Notes under the pieces: model-generated
The model's input: only the letters and a program-made list of their open reading frames with translations
Told to the model about the DNA's origin: nothing
Databases searched by the model: none
In this document: piece after piece, positions 21,801 through 33,264 of the stretch
Layout of the letters: each line of letters opens with the position of its first letter
Position numbering within the stretch: the stretch's first letter is position 1
Translations under genes and position numbers: made by a program
Source of the DNA: Toensbergia leucococca
Taxonomy: Eukaryota
Direction: 5' to 3'
Assembly (NCBI GenBank): GCA_022813965.1
Contig: JALDZS010000234.1
Location: forward strand, 1-33,264
Length of the DNA stretch: 33,264 nucleotides

Positions 21801-24232
21801 TCCGAGTCAGCAATCTCATGCAGAGGTGAAAGTTACACTTGTAAGACGTGGCTGAAGCTTGAACCGGAAGAAAGAAAGGATTCCGAGCTCCCACAATACA
21901 TCTTCAAACCTAAGACATCGCTAAAATTAGGGAATAAAATATCTGAAAGATTCATACCATTCCCTGTGATATCGCCAATAAAGCAACTAGAACGTTGAGC
22001 ACCGACACTGGTCTTAACGGGCTGTTCGCTCCCCCATATTGGCTTTCCCTCAGAAGTTCCGCGAGTGTTGATGAAGCCGGTGAGTCCACCGTTTTTGTCC
22101 CAAATCAAGATATCGTCCCGACCATCGTTGTTGAGATCTCCAAAGGAAATATCTGCATTTCCTGTTCCCGAGGCGATCTGCCCGACATCGAAGAAATCCA
22201 CGCTGGTCGAATCCTGTTGTCCAAGGTTGAGATAGCCGTGGAGTTCGCCCTTGGGCCCTTTGATTACCATGTCGTCGCGAGAGTCCCTTGTATAGAGCAC
22301 AGTCAGCCTCTTTCTATCTTGTCAAAGCTAGCCACAGGCGGAGACATCGATCTTGGAATGACCCACCCATTAATATCCATGAAAAATATCGAATTATGGT
22401 TGGCGCCGGGCACACCTGAGGATATTCGGTGCGGACCGTCCCATGTCCAGCCGCCAGATGGTGTGTACGTGTTAAACCAGGCATCAACCTCGCCGACATC
22501 ATTGGTACACTGTAAAACGCCTCGAGGTCAGCATCCCTTGTTCGTAACCCACTGCAGCTGCAAGAAGGAGGACGGAAAAAGCACTTACCACATAATCTGC
22601 CTTGCCCGATCCTGTCAAATTGGGAAGTCTCAAGTGTTGGGACCCACAGTGGCCAGAAACAATGGCTTTGCCTCCATTGGCCGGATGCCAATTGAAGATG
22701 CTTGGATCTTTACTAACATTGTCGTTGATCCAAGTATAAATAGCTCCTGTTGGTGGGTCTACTCGAAGATAGTCCCATCTCCCGCTCCTACGCAAATTTC
22801 GAAGTCAGTTTCTCTGGTTCCGGACAGAATTTGAGCTACAGGATATGTCTGAATGGCCTGTAGCCAGCGAACTCTTCCAGAACATTTCCTGTGGAAGTTG
22901 AGGGAAAACTTGAAAACAAATCATTCGAGAATGTACATACCCGAGCGTGTCAGCAAATTGATAATCTCCCGACTTGCCAAAGCCCGGAGCAACCTTACCC
23001 CTCAGCGTCCACTGCTGGTTAAATTTAGAATCTCCATTCGTTCCGACCTGCAGGACACGAGTCAGCCGTCTCAAGTTTCGTCAAACTGGCCGAGAACAAC
23101 ATTTGGGGAGCTCTTTGTACCAAGATTATCTTGCTGGATCAGAAAGGGAAACTTACTCCGTGAGAAATTCTCCCAGTCTTTTGCCAGATGGGCAGATCAT
23201 GGCAATAGTGTGCAGGGTCAGGATTGTTCTGTCTTGCCTCGATGACATTCAGATCCCGTAAAGCAAGACATCCAACATTTTCAGGGGCATTGTCTGGAAT
23301 AAACGGATGTGGATCGGGTCCAATAGGAGCCTTTACCCAGCCTTGGGCGATTGCTTGCTTGATGCCTTGATACCAGACACTTGCCATTTGCTGGTAGCCC
23401 AAATCGTTCGGGTGAGTTCCATCAGAAACCAGGTAACCAACACCAATAGAGCTCATGTCAGCCACCATTACGTGATGGCCATTGTTCGCTCGTTGAGCAA
23501 CAACACCCGGTACCGCCTTGTTGAATGTGTCTATGCGTGTCTGAATTCTTGGATCTGCGTTGCCGACAATTTTTGCCACAAGGGTTGTTGCGTCTGGGCA
23601 GGCTGTGATGATTTGGTCAATCAGATCGCCAAGATTCCCCGGGGCGTTCTTTTCTAAGGCTACTTCTGTGGGATCTTCGATATCAGGATTCTGGTCAAGA
23701 TCATTGGTACCTACATGGAGCAAAATGATGTTCGGTCTATCAGGCAAAGATTTCTTGGCTTGAGGTTCGGTCGCTCTGTCCTGAGGTCAGGGATCTCAAT
23801 CTCTTCAAATATCAATGGAAAATGCTTTTTGACATAATGTTGGACTTACGCAATTGTGAAACCACTATGCCCTTCATGGTAATTGTCTGCCATGGTACCC
23901 GAGCGCAGAGACCCAATATATTGCATTTCGGTCCCTGCAAGAAGGTTTTGGAGATCAAGACGGTATCCGTTGCCATCGGTACTCCCTTGACCAGCGGTAA
24001 TACTAGCCCCTAGTGGAAGTATACGCAGCTCAATACCCGGCGCGACATCGTCGCGTGTAAACAAACTGGTATTACCAGTCACTGAGCTGAACTGGAATAC
24101 ACCAAAAGCAGTGACTAGAATTAGGGGTAAGCCAAGCCTCTCTGCCTGCGAACATGCGGACTAACATTGAGCATTTAGTAGACTTCCGTATGTACCCACA
24201 GTCACCAAAATGCTCTTCACACTGAAGCGCAT
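18853..24232 (-). CDS. Large secreted modular protein (~1,430 aa): SGNH/GDSL esterase (CE3-like) + 10 FG-GAP/VCBS-like repeats + low-complexity, helical, Cys/Thr and polyproline modules + C-terminal Cys domain; ~12 introns
   Basis: SGNH blocks 'LRILPLGASIT', 'HEGHSG', 'LLHVGTND', 'DGTHPN'. Repeats such as FGDLNNDGRDD, DLDGDGLDD, LADIDGDGKAD, FADVTGDGKAD, FADIDGDQKAD. Canonical splicing of all introns gives one open frame from ATG 24232. Confidence 0.85.
19262..19294. repeat. (GGA)n trinucleotide tract encoding polyproline on the minus strand
   Basis: About 11 GGA units within the large CDS. Confidence 0.9.
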
Positions 24233-24857
24233 CTTGAGAAGCTTAAAGACAGAAGTGAGAGCCCTGAAGGCTTTGACCGTTAATTCGAAATATTGCAGAT
24301 GCACAAGAGAAGGATCATTTATGTGTTCCGCGAAGAAGTATTTGTATCATCCCACAAGTTAAGAAAGGAGTGAGTGAAGGAAGTCACAAAAGGAGTGAAG
24401 GAGAGAGGGAGAGGAAACACTGTGTTGAGCTGTGTTGAGCAGTAGCCACGTTTTCAGGAAATTCACCGTGAAAGAAGGTATTCACTTCAGTCAACATTTC
24501 CGACCATGAAGACACCTGAGCAGTTAACGTATTCCTGATGAGTTGCCAGAGTCGCATATTTTTTTCATACTCAACGCGCAATTCTTACTTAATACATGTC
24601 GGTCAAGTCAACACCTCATATCATCCTTCAATATCAAATGTTTCATCATCACTGAATCAATGAAAAATGTGATGCTGAAGTCTGATGCTACCAATTTGCA
24701 TCAGATCAAATTATCAAAATCAATGAAGTTGAAAGCTTTCATCTTCCGTCTCCTTACAATCTCCTTTAGGCCTATTACGGCAGAATGAATCATGAGAGGG
24801 CATATCAAAAACAAAACTTCTTCAACTGAGCGTGAGCAAGTTTGAGGCAAGGCTTTT

Positions 24858-24987
24858 GATAGTCCAGACTATTAGTCCTGAGGGTAGAATCGACTGTTTA
24901 ACAGTCAGACTATTAGTCGGTAGTCGATTCTGAACCAAGAATCAGTCGACTAATAGTCCGACTATTAAGACTATTAGTCCACGCCTG
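24858..24987. mobile_element. DNA-transposon end with palindromic subterminal repeats (hAT-like/MITE remnant)
   Basis: GACTA(T/A)TAGTC at 24867, 24908, 24948 and 24969, plus GACTGTTTAACAGTC at 24892. Terminates in CCACGCCTG (5'-CAGGCGTGG on the minus strand). Confidence 0.65.
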
Positions 24988-25277
24988 TTATACCCTCACC
25001 GTCACCAAGATCTGATACAATTGTATGAAGATCCCCTTCTGTAAATATACCAAGCCGGAACCAACTCTTTAAACACTCCAATAGCTCAACGGTATCACAT
25101 TTAAGACTACACCGTTGGTAGAAATGGTAGGAGCAGTAGATAGGTCAGAATCAGTATCGCTATCCATGGTTGTTGATGAAAATGAACGATTATTTGGTAG
25201 CGACGATAAATAGTAGAAGGTTGATTTAGCCCTGAGGATCATGGTTGATCCGGACCGAGGACGTGTCCGAGCTCCTG
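24988..25277 (-). mobile_element. Internally deleted hAT transposon relic
   Basis: Minus strand 25114-24988 reads 'RCSLKCDTVELLECLKSWFRLGIFTE', the end of the hAT C-terminal dimerisation domain. A short 'MDSDTDSDLSTAPTIST' (ATG 25167) precedes it out of frame. Candidate terminus CAGGAGCTCGG at 25277. Confidence 0.7.
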
Positions 25278-25883
25278 ACGTAGATATTCTAAACTCATCG
25301 ACAAGCCTTCAATGCACTCGAGAACACAGCATTTTTACAACACATGCTCGTCCTGGAGAAGGTGACTGGGTGTATGGAGTTGTCTGGTCCTCGGTCCATA
25401 GAGGGGTGTGCTTGAGGGTAGCACGTGGGTAGATTGATTGAATGATTCCATCATTCCACAAGCTCCGGTCGCAATGCAGTCTGTTTATGCTTACCTGATA
25501 AAGTGTATTCGCAGATCACCTCATCGGCGCCATCAATCGACCCTTCACCATGCAGAGGAGAGAGGTTCTAGATGCCTTCGATAAGACTAGAATATCGCTT
25601 ATTATACAACAATACTCCTGCATTCCTCATCTCTCAATTAAGCGCATGACCGACTTATGCGCGAAACACGTCTGCGTCTCGGGTTATTCATTATTCTCGA
25701 CTTAGCCATCATGGCTTCAAGGTGGAGCCTGTCCCTCCTGTCCATAGCTTGCAACACGTGTTTGAATACTAGGCTCTTGCCTGATTGGCAAGCCTTTCTC
25801 CATATGCTCTCTTTTCTACATGTACGAGTAGCACTGCTCTACATGTTCCTCCAATCCTGTCTTCTTGAAATCCTTTGGTACGC

Positions 25884-28447
25884 ATGTATTTATTCACCGT
25901 CAGCTCTAGTCAACTTGTGCTTTCTTTGTTGGCCTCTGCACAGGCTCAAGGTACCGACTACACAGAATATGTCCAGCTCTTGTTGGTGCTCTCCAGCTAA
26001 TAGAATGTGAGGATATTGATGATTCGACAGTATTGGCACCCAGAATGGAGGCAACATGTTTCCTGGAGTCGTTCCTGCCCCATTCTCCGTTGTCAAACTC
26101 GGCCCAGATCTGTATACGGGATCAGACGCATACTCTGGCTATCTGCCCACAGGAAATGTTACCGCCTTTAGTTTGATGCATGAGTCTGGCACTGGAGGAG
26201 CTCCCAAATACGGCGTTGTATCCCAGCTGCCACTCGTAGGCAATGTCTCAAATCCCTTGGCTGATCTCTCAATCCCTCGGGCAGCAGCAGATCGAGCCCA
26301 GGTTGGGTACTATCAAGTCTTTCTATCATCTGGCGTAGACGTACAACTTGCCGCGACAGATCATGTTGCAATGCTCAACTACAATTTCCCTACTTCGTCA
26401 GTGCCCAATATACTTGTGGACGTCTCTCACTTCCTCCCTTCATTCAGGGGTCTGGGGACGAGCCAGGGTTATGTGAGGGGTAATATAAGTGTGCTGTCGG
26501 ATGATCGTTACGAAGGAAGTGGAACATATAATGGTGGTTGGAATCTTGGTATGTACTTCGGATCCACTTCACGTACGTCTAGCCACCATAGCTAACATTG
26601 ACATGCCATTGTAGCCCCAGATTGGTTGGAGATCCCGCCCATCAGGAAATCAAAGTTGTTCGTTGACCATCTGTAGGAAAATCTATTTTTGCGGGCGATT
26701 CGATTCGCCTTTCCAAAGTCGCGTGTTCGCTGGCAATGATACTGCACTTTCTTACTATGGCTCTGCCTTATCAGCAAACGGATCAGAGAGGGTCGGTGCC
26801 GTTTTTACATTTACAAACACAAATGTGACGTCAAGAGTTGGCATATCCTTCATCTCATCCGCCAAAGCGTGTCAATTCATTGAAAATGAGACTCCCACCA
26901 CCACGTCAATCCAGACTCTCGTCAGTGCGACCAAGCAGAAGTGGAATACTCAGGTTTTCTCCAAGATTCAGACTAATGAGGTGAAATTTCTAGGACCGTG
27001 CTAACTAAGAATATGCTGACCAATCGCAGACGGACGTGAACAATCTTCAACTGCTATATTCTTCTCTTTATGGCATGCACATTGTCCCTTCTAACCGTAC
27101 TGGGGAGAACCCAATTTGGACTTCAACAGAACCTTATGTAAGAAAGTGTGAATGGAAATACCGCATGATATGTCTAATGAGTAGTAGTACGATGATATCT
27201 TCACACTCTGGGATCTTTTCCGATGCTCGACACCTCTAATGCAAATCCTTCAGCCAGTCTCATATGAAGAGCAGATTCGATCTCTGATCGACGTCTGGCG
27301 AAATGAAGGCTACATGCCCGACGCCAGATCTTCAAATTGGAATGGCAGGAGCCAAGGCGGCTCCAGCGCAGACAACGTACTAGCTGACGCTTATGTAAAG
27401 GGCGTACGTGGACTCGTAAACTGGAGGGATGGTTTTCAGGCGATGGTCCAGGACGCGGAAATTCAGCCACCTAACAATCATGATCCAGAAGCCCCAGACT
27501 CATCTACGGTAGAGGGGCGAGGAGCGCTTCCTGACTGGTTCCAGTACGGTTATATTACGCCGAACTATACTAGAGCGGTGTCAAGAGCGGTTGAATACTC
27601 AGCAAATGATTTTGGCCTATACCAGGTTGCAAGTGGATTAGGAAACAACGAAGATGCCGAGAAATATCTCAATAGATCGCGTTTTTGGAGAAACCATTGG
27701 AACCCTGCAGCATCGTCATTGAACTTCACAGGCTTCGTCGTCCCCAGAAATGCGGATGGCTCTTTCCTCTCTCAAGATCCTCTTTCCTGCGGAGGCTGTT
27801 ATTGGGGTGATGCTTATTACGAAGCTACTCCATGGGAGTACTCGTTTAACCCGCATCACGATATCAACACTATTATCAACTACACGGGTGGCGCCGCTCG
27901 TTTTGTGAGCAAGCTTGATACTATCTTTGAGCCGGGTCTCAATCCAGGTGGCTCGGCTGAGTTTCGAAACACAATCTTCAATCCAGGAAATGAGCCAAGT
28001 TTCGCATCACCCTACCTTTTCAATTTCGCTCGTCGACAGGATTTGTCCGTTCAGCGCTCGCGTTACATAGCGAAGACTTACTATAGCTCTAGTCCTAGTG
28101 GATTGCCTGGTAATAGCGACGGAGGTGCTATGCAAACGTGGCTGCTTTGGTCAATGATCGGTCTCTACCCATTGACAGGGCAGACGACGTTCCTGATTGG
28201 GTCACCGTGGTTCAGTATGAATATCGATTTAGGAAGCGGGAATACTCTAAATATCTCAACTACTAGAGGCAACAGCGATACAGCATTTTATGTACAGAGT
28301 CTTAAGGTCAACGGGCAAGTTTGGGATAAGGCGTGGGTGAGCTGGAACGATGTATTTGCAAAAGGTGGCACGATGGATTTTGTTCTGGGGCAAGAACCAA
28401 GCAGGTGGAGCTTTGACGGGGAGCTTCCGCCCAGTCCGGCATCGTAG
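25884..28447 (+). CDS. Secreted glycoside hydrolase family 92 alpha-1,2-mannosidase, 5 introns
   Basis: Signal peptide, 'DYTEYVQLF|IGTQNGGNMFPG...PF', 'MHESGTGGAPKYG', 'LWDLFR', 'QGGSSAD', 'SRAVEYS.ND', 'YYEATPWEY' (catalytic Glu region), 'NEP', 'GLPGNSDGGAM'. Confidence 0.93.
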
Positions 28448-29129
28448 AATAGAGCTGTGGACTTGCCAGCATTAGAAATGTTAGAATCACTGGTTCTATT
28501 GTTACCGTCAGAGAGTCCGGATATCAGGTGTAACGAATATTTGACAGAAAGACCACATCAGATGATATGACATCAAATTATGCTATTCTATTGCGTGCCA
28601 TCCACCGCCTCTATTGCTCTGAAAGCTGACTAGATAGGTAGACTACAATCCAAAGACCTGAAATGTTCTAGTCTAACCATTCACCTCGACCCTCTTTAGC
28701 TCCTTCACCTTGTTCCTCTGTTATTTTCACATCCTGTTTTGCGTTCTCGTTCATTAAAAGCCATCTTTACTAACTGAATAAAAATTCTACAGTAGAAAAG
28801 TGATAATGAACCACGTTTTTTCGAAGTTAAAATGTTTTCTATTTTATTTCAGAGAAAGATGCATGTTTTGATTGAATGTCTCCGGGCGAGTGTCACGGTA
28901 TTCATACTCAAAAACGGTGTCATTTAGCTCTCCTTGATTGTTGTTGTTTTCATGAATTGTTGTCTGTTGACGTCATGCTGGCGCTTCGTCGTTGCTAGGT
29001 GAACAAAGCAGCATTGTAAACATCAACACCACCACAACACCTCCACTTCATTCACACCATTAAAAACGTGCCCAACTGGCTTCCTCATCCAATTGATCAT
29101 CGACACTTTGAAAAAAGTGCATACATTCC

Positions 29130-32100
29130 ATGATAGCATCTAAAGTACAACCTTCGGCGAAGAGGAAGAAAACCGCAGACATGCATGACTCCCCGCCCAA
29201 GCGGTTGACGCGCTCTCGGGCCAAAGCTACCGACAATGTCACCCAGAACGCGAAGACAACCAGAGTGCTGACTGCGGCTGCAAAAGCCGCTTCGGTCGGG
29301 AAGGACTCAATCACCAATGGAAAGGTAACGAAACGCAAGACGAGATCGGACGACGAGAAGGACCAGCCTGTCCATGACGTGGAGGTAGCCGAGCAGCCCA
29401 GTGCTGAACCTATCAAAAGTCAAGGACGCCCAAGCAAGCCAGTACAAGAGCTTAGGGGGCTATCGGTAGCGACTGATGCGACAGTCAGATCGAAGAGTCG
29501 TCAATGCAAAGCAACGGTCGCATCTGAGGGGGCCAAGTTGGAAGGTTCGAAGCCAAGGGGAAGGCCGCGAAAGGCGGCAGACACGGCACCATCGAACGAA
29601 GCGCATACTCATACAGAGAATGAAAAGCCTCAGCCTGCAAAAAAGATCAGTCGTGCCCGCGCCACAACGGTGACGACAAAACCGGTGACATCTACAATCT
29701 CAAAAACGACTGGGGCTAAGAAGAGAGTGACGTTCAAGGACCAGCTCGAGAAAGACAAGGAAAACTTCCCCATCGGATCGGATTCAAAGACTAAGAGTCT
29801 AGAGTTCACTGGATTGAGGGCCAAACCGATTCGGAAGCCTGCTGCTGCAAAGGGGAGTACACGTGCCAAGAAAGCGTCCAAAGAGGAAACTGTCAACAAT
29901 GATCAGAACGTTGAAAAAGAGGCGGGGCATCCCTTATCACCGAAGAAAGTAAAACAAGTCGCAAAGACAAGCTCTGTCAGCTCTGATGACGAGCTCAGCG
30001 GGGAGAAGACGCCCATGAAAGCTTTGAGCAAATCTCCAACGAAGCCGCCACTCAGTGTCATTCGAGACAGTGGAAGAGCAGTTTCCAAGATCAACTTTAG
30101 TCCGGCTGTTATGCCTACCTCACCCACTAGGCCCATGTCATCATCAATCCTAGGAAGCCCAGCCAGACGCCCCCCACCATCGCCTTTCAAGGATGCCTTG
30201 AAGGACACCCCCAAGAGAATAAATCTAGGCGAGCCTCTGGTGCAGCCGGCACTCACATCATCTCAATCGCCTTTCAAAGCTTCATTGCTCCAGACTCCAG
30301 CACGTCGACCTGCTGGGCCACCAATGAAATCAGCTTTTCTGGGATCACCCGGGAAATCTGGGATGGCCGCACCAATGGTTGATACTGCTACAGCATCAAA
30401 ACAGATCAATGTATACAAGGTTCCAGAATTGTCATCCCAAAATGTTATTCGCTGTCCTCTGCGAGGCGTCACTTCTCCAACGAAGTCTGTCAAAGTTCAC
30501 AAGATCACGACTCTAGAGCAGCAGACACCCATGAGTACAAAAAAACCGTCTTTCACGGTGCCAGGAAGGGATGGATTAGGCAGCAAGGACCAGGAACGGC
30601 CGCTGCTAGTCTCGGAGCTACAAGAAACCCCCAAAACACTTGCTGTTCCTTTAGAGAGTTCTCCCAGCTCGCCTAGTGAAACCGCGGAGCCTGCTCAAGA
30701 TGATTCTAAGAAGCGCGATAGCATTGATTTCACAAGCAATCTTGTCAATAGTGTTGGCAGTACTCGAAGCACAACGCCCCCTGGGCCCCCACCGTCTTCT
30801 GCAGCTAAAGCTTTTTCTTTGGCCTCTCCAATACTCAGATGTACTTTTGAAGACTCTGATTCCGAGGATGAGATGGTCTCTGTAAGACACCAGACAGCCG
30901 ATGATACCATATTTCATAGCGATCCCGGGGCTCTCGTGGTAGACTTCGCCACACCTGAGCCATTGATTCCTACAGCGGTAGGGGGGACGCCAAAGGGTAC
31001 TCACGGGAATGGATCAATATGCAATGACAAGACAATCTCGTCTGCCGCCCGAGCTGGTTCTCTGCGTAGGGCAGAAGCAGTTTCCATGACACCCTTGGCG
31101 ATGCAGCTGAGCTCTTGGCTTGCAGCAAGTCCCGAGAAGAAGACGCCGGGAAGTCGTCGCGAGAGAGGCCGAGGAATTTTTTCATCCGCGGGTCAAGTCG
31201 ATCTTGGCAAACCCGAGCAAGCTGTAGATGATATTGGAGTGGAATCGCCAGTGAAGTCCACTTTCTTTGACGACGAGATAGCCATTCTTGATCGGGAAGC
31301 TGTCAGTATTGTTGAGGAGGAGCAACATGAAGCTGTCGAAGACGATCGCATGAGCTTTCAGGCAAGTCAAGAATCACTAGCTTCTGAGGAGTACGGTGAC
31401 GAAAATGCTGTCCCCATTGAACCCGAGTCAATAAACCTGCATCAGGGAGGTTCAGACCTCACTTTGACTTGTACACCTGCAAAGGTGTTCTCCCAGCAAC
31501 CGCGAGAAATACACACTGTCTCAAAAGTACCGTTGAGACCAGCAGCCGAGGACTCTCCCGTCAAGATTCAACGCAAGCGAAGCAAATCTCTAGCTGATTC
31601 GGCACTAAGTATTGGATCTTGTCGACGCCCTGATATCGGTCGCAACAGCACTGTCATCTCCTCTTCCCATGATACAAGCGCGTCAGATGCTGAATTGTTG
31701 AGAGAGCCGCCAGTCGGCAAGTTCGGAGCATTGAATGAATTAGAGTTTGATCTGCTTCAGACACCAACTGCTGCGCGCATGAGCATTCCTGGCTCAATCA
31801 GGTCAGCCCGACAAGGGGTCGAATCTAAAGTACTCAAGGGTGCCGTTGTTTATGTCGATGTGCACACGACCGAAGGAGCGGACGCAAGTGGACTTTTTGT
31901 TGAGTTGCTGACACAGATGGGAGCCCGTTGTGTTAAACAGTGGTTGTGGAACCCCCGAGCAAGTGTCACCTCCCACGACGATATTTCGATCCCACAAGGT
32001 GAATCGCCTGAGGGTCCTCTTCCGGTGGGAAAAGTTGGGATCACTCATGTTGTTTTCAAAGATGGTGGGAAGAGAACCTTGGAGAAGATTCGAGAGAGTA

Positions 32101-32728
32101 AAGGGGTGGTCCTCTGCATTGGGGTGGGATGGGTACTTGAGTAGGCTGAAGCTTTTGGAGACTTTCAAACTAGAGTGCTAATTTCTCGTTTAGCTGTGAG
32201 CGTGAGAACAAATGGCTTGATGAAGCTGGCTACACTGTCGACACCTCCCTGATACCTCGCGGTGGCCAACGTCGTCGCAAATCGATGGAGCCTCGAATGC
32301 TATCAAACATCAACGGTAGTCTCGTGCCTATGGAAACACCCACCAAAGCTAGTCTAGACCTCTCCCCGACAAAGGAATTTTTGACCTTTAGCAACAACGA
32401 TTCGCCGCGCGAGTCTCTCGACACGGTGACCAAAGCACAAGAAGCACAAGTGACACCGGTCTTGGATCGTTACCCTGTCGAAGATGATGGTGATTCGGCT
32501 TGGGGCTCACCAACGACACCTTATTACCTGAGTAAAGGGGCCGAGCTGGTGCAGCAGACTTGTCCTCCCAAGCAGACACGGCAGCTGCTTTTTCCACTGA
32601 CGGGAAAGATTGAGGATCAGCCGGACGAGAGTGTGAGGCAGAGGCTTTTGCTGGCGAGGCGGAAGAGTTTGCAGTGGGCACCAAAAGTAGGCAGTCCATT
32701 GGGGAGGGCTGTGGATTTGGGGAAATAG
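29130..32728 (+). CDS. Large disordered nuclear protein with a microcephalin (MCPH1) N-terminal-type BRCT domain; one intron 32141-32193
   Basis: 'LKGAVVYVDVHT.EG.D.S..F...LTQMGA...THVVFKDG...V.WV.DCE....LDE..Y...RRRKSMEP' matches the MCPH1 BRCT1 pattern. Also an AT-hook KPRGRPRK and many SP/TP sites. Start could be 29181. Confidence 0.85.
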
Positions 32729-32854
32729 TTGCAATATGGGTATTGAAGTCGTTGACCTTGTGGTGGACGCGAGGAAGCTGGAAATTAGTAAAAAGGCGTC
32801 TTGCTTTTTTTTCCCCCTGGTTTCATGAAAATTATGCATGTTTATTCTTTTGGG

Positions 32855-32893
32855 TGATGATGATGATGATGATGATGATGATGTTGTTGTTGT
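32855..32893. repeat. Compound microsatellite (TGA)n(TGT)n in the 3' flank
   Basis: About 10 TGA units followed by TGT units. Confidence 0.9.
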
Positions 32894-33228
32894 AGTGTGC
32901 TCGTCGTGTCAGGCTTTGCTTGAAGCACACGATTGGATTGAAATCTGCCCTTTTGTTCTTTTTGACTAGCCTAGGTGCGTGGGTGCCTAGAATATTTGCT
33001 TTGCAGCCATGAAGTTTGAATTGAATCGGATCTAGGGTGGACTGGATGAGTGTGAAATGTTAGTTGAGATATGTTGAAGCTTTGGGGAGGTGCTTTGATT
33101 GATGAATTCCGCAATAGAAAAAAAAGGGGAATCCTTCTTACTTGGCAGCAAGTTTCCCACCCCCCCCCTTCTCAGAACATGGGCCCAAAAATCGAAGCCC
33201 CCTCAAATCTCATGCCTTTCCCTCAGAT

Positions 33229-33263
33229 CCCCCCCCCCCCCCCCCCCGCCCCCCACCTCCCCC
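33229..33263. repeat. Poly-C low-complexity tract
   Basis: C19 run followed by shorter C runs. Another C run near 33160. Confidence 0.85.
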
Positions 33264-33264
33264 A

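Noticed and set aside
23994..24012. GASIT instead of GDS(L/I)T as a sign of an inactive esterase
   Set aside because: The nucleophile Ser, oxyanion Gly/Asn and DxxH are all present, and GAS is a variant I recall in fungal CE3-like proteins.
24384..24788. Short ORFs upstream of the SGNH gene
   Set aside because: No recognisable homology. Possibly decayed sequence, but I cannot support a call.
24858..24987. CRISPR-like repeat array
   Set aside because: Eukaryotic context, 11-bp repeats, irregular spacing and an adjacent transposase remnant. Better explained as subterminal repeats.

Overview
Eukaryotic DNA from a filamentous ascomycete (Pezizomycotina), shown by short GT-AG introns with CTRAC-type branch sites and RIP-like decayed repeats. 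Bases 1-~5,260 are an AT-rich, CpG-depleted nest of dead elements: the end of one LTR inserted in the RT of a chromodomain-bearing Ty3/gypsy element (pol, polypurine tract, 216-bp 3' LTR), followed by another unidentified decayed repeat. A block of conserved genes follows: AT-hook/EVE protein, NTM1/TAE1 N-terminal methyltransferase, aldehyde dehydrogenase, DHA1-type MFS transporter, 1-Cys peroxiredoxin and a small membrane protein. From ~16.9 to 28.4 kb is an accessory-looking island of three secreted proteins: an uncharacterised Kex2-type secreted protein, a ~1,430-aa modular protein (SGNH esterase, 10 FG-GAP-like repeats, helical module, Cys/Thr module, polyproline, small Cys-containing C-terminal domain), and a GH92 alpha-mannosidase, with hAT transposon relics between the last two. 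The window ends with a microcephalin-like BRCT protein and simple repeats. Best leads: the modular secreted protein and its neighbour, a candidate structured RNA at ~7,120-7,245 (minus strand), intron positions tracking the propeller repeats, and a non-CpA RIP-like mutation spectrum. All gene models were read by eye.
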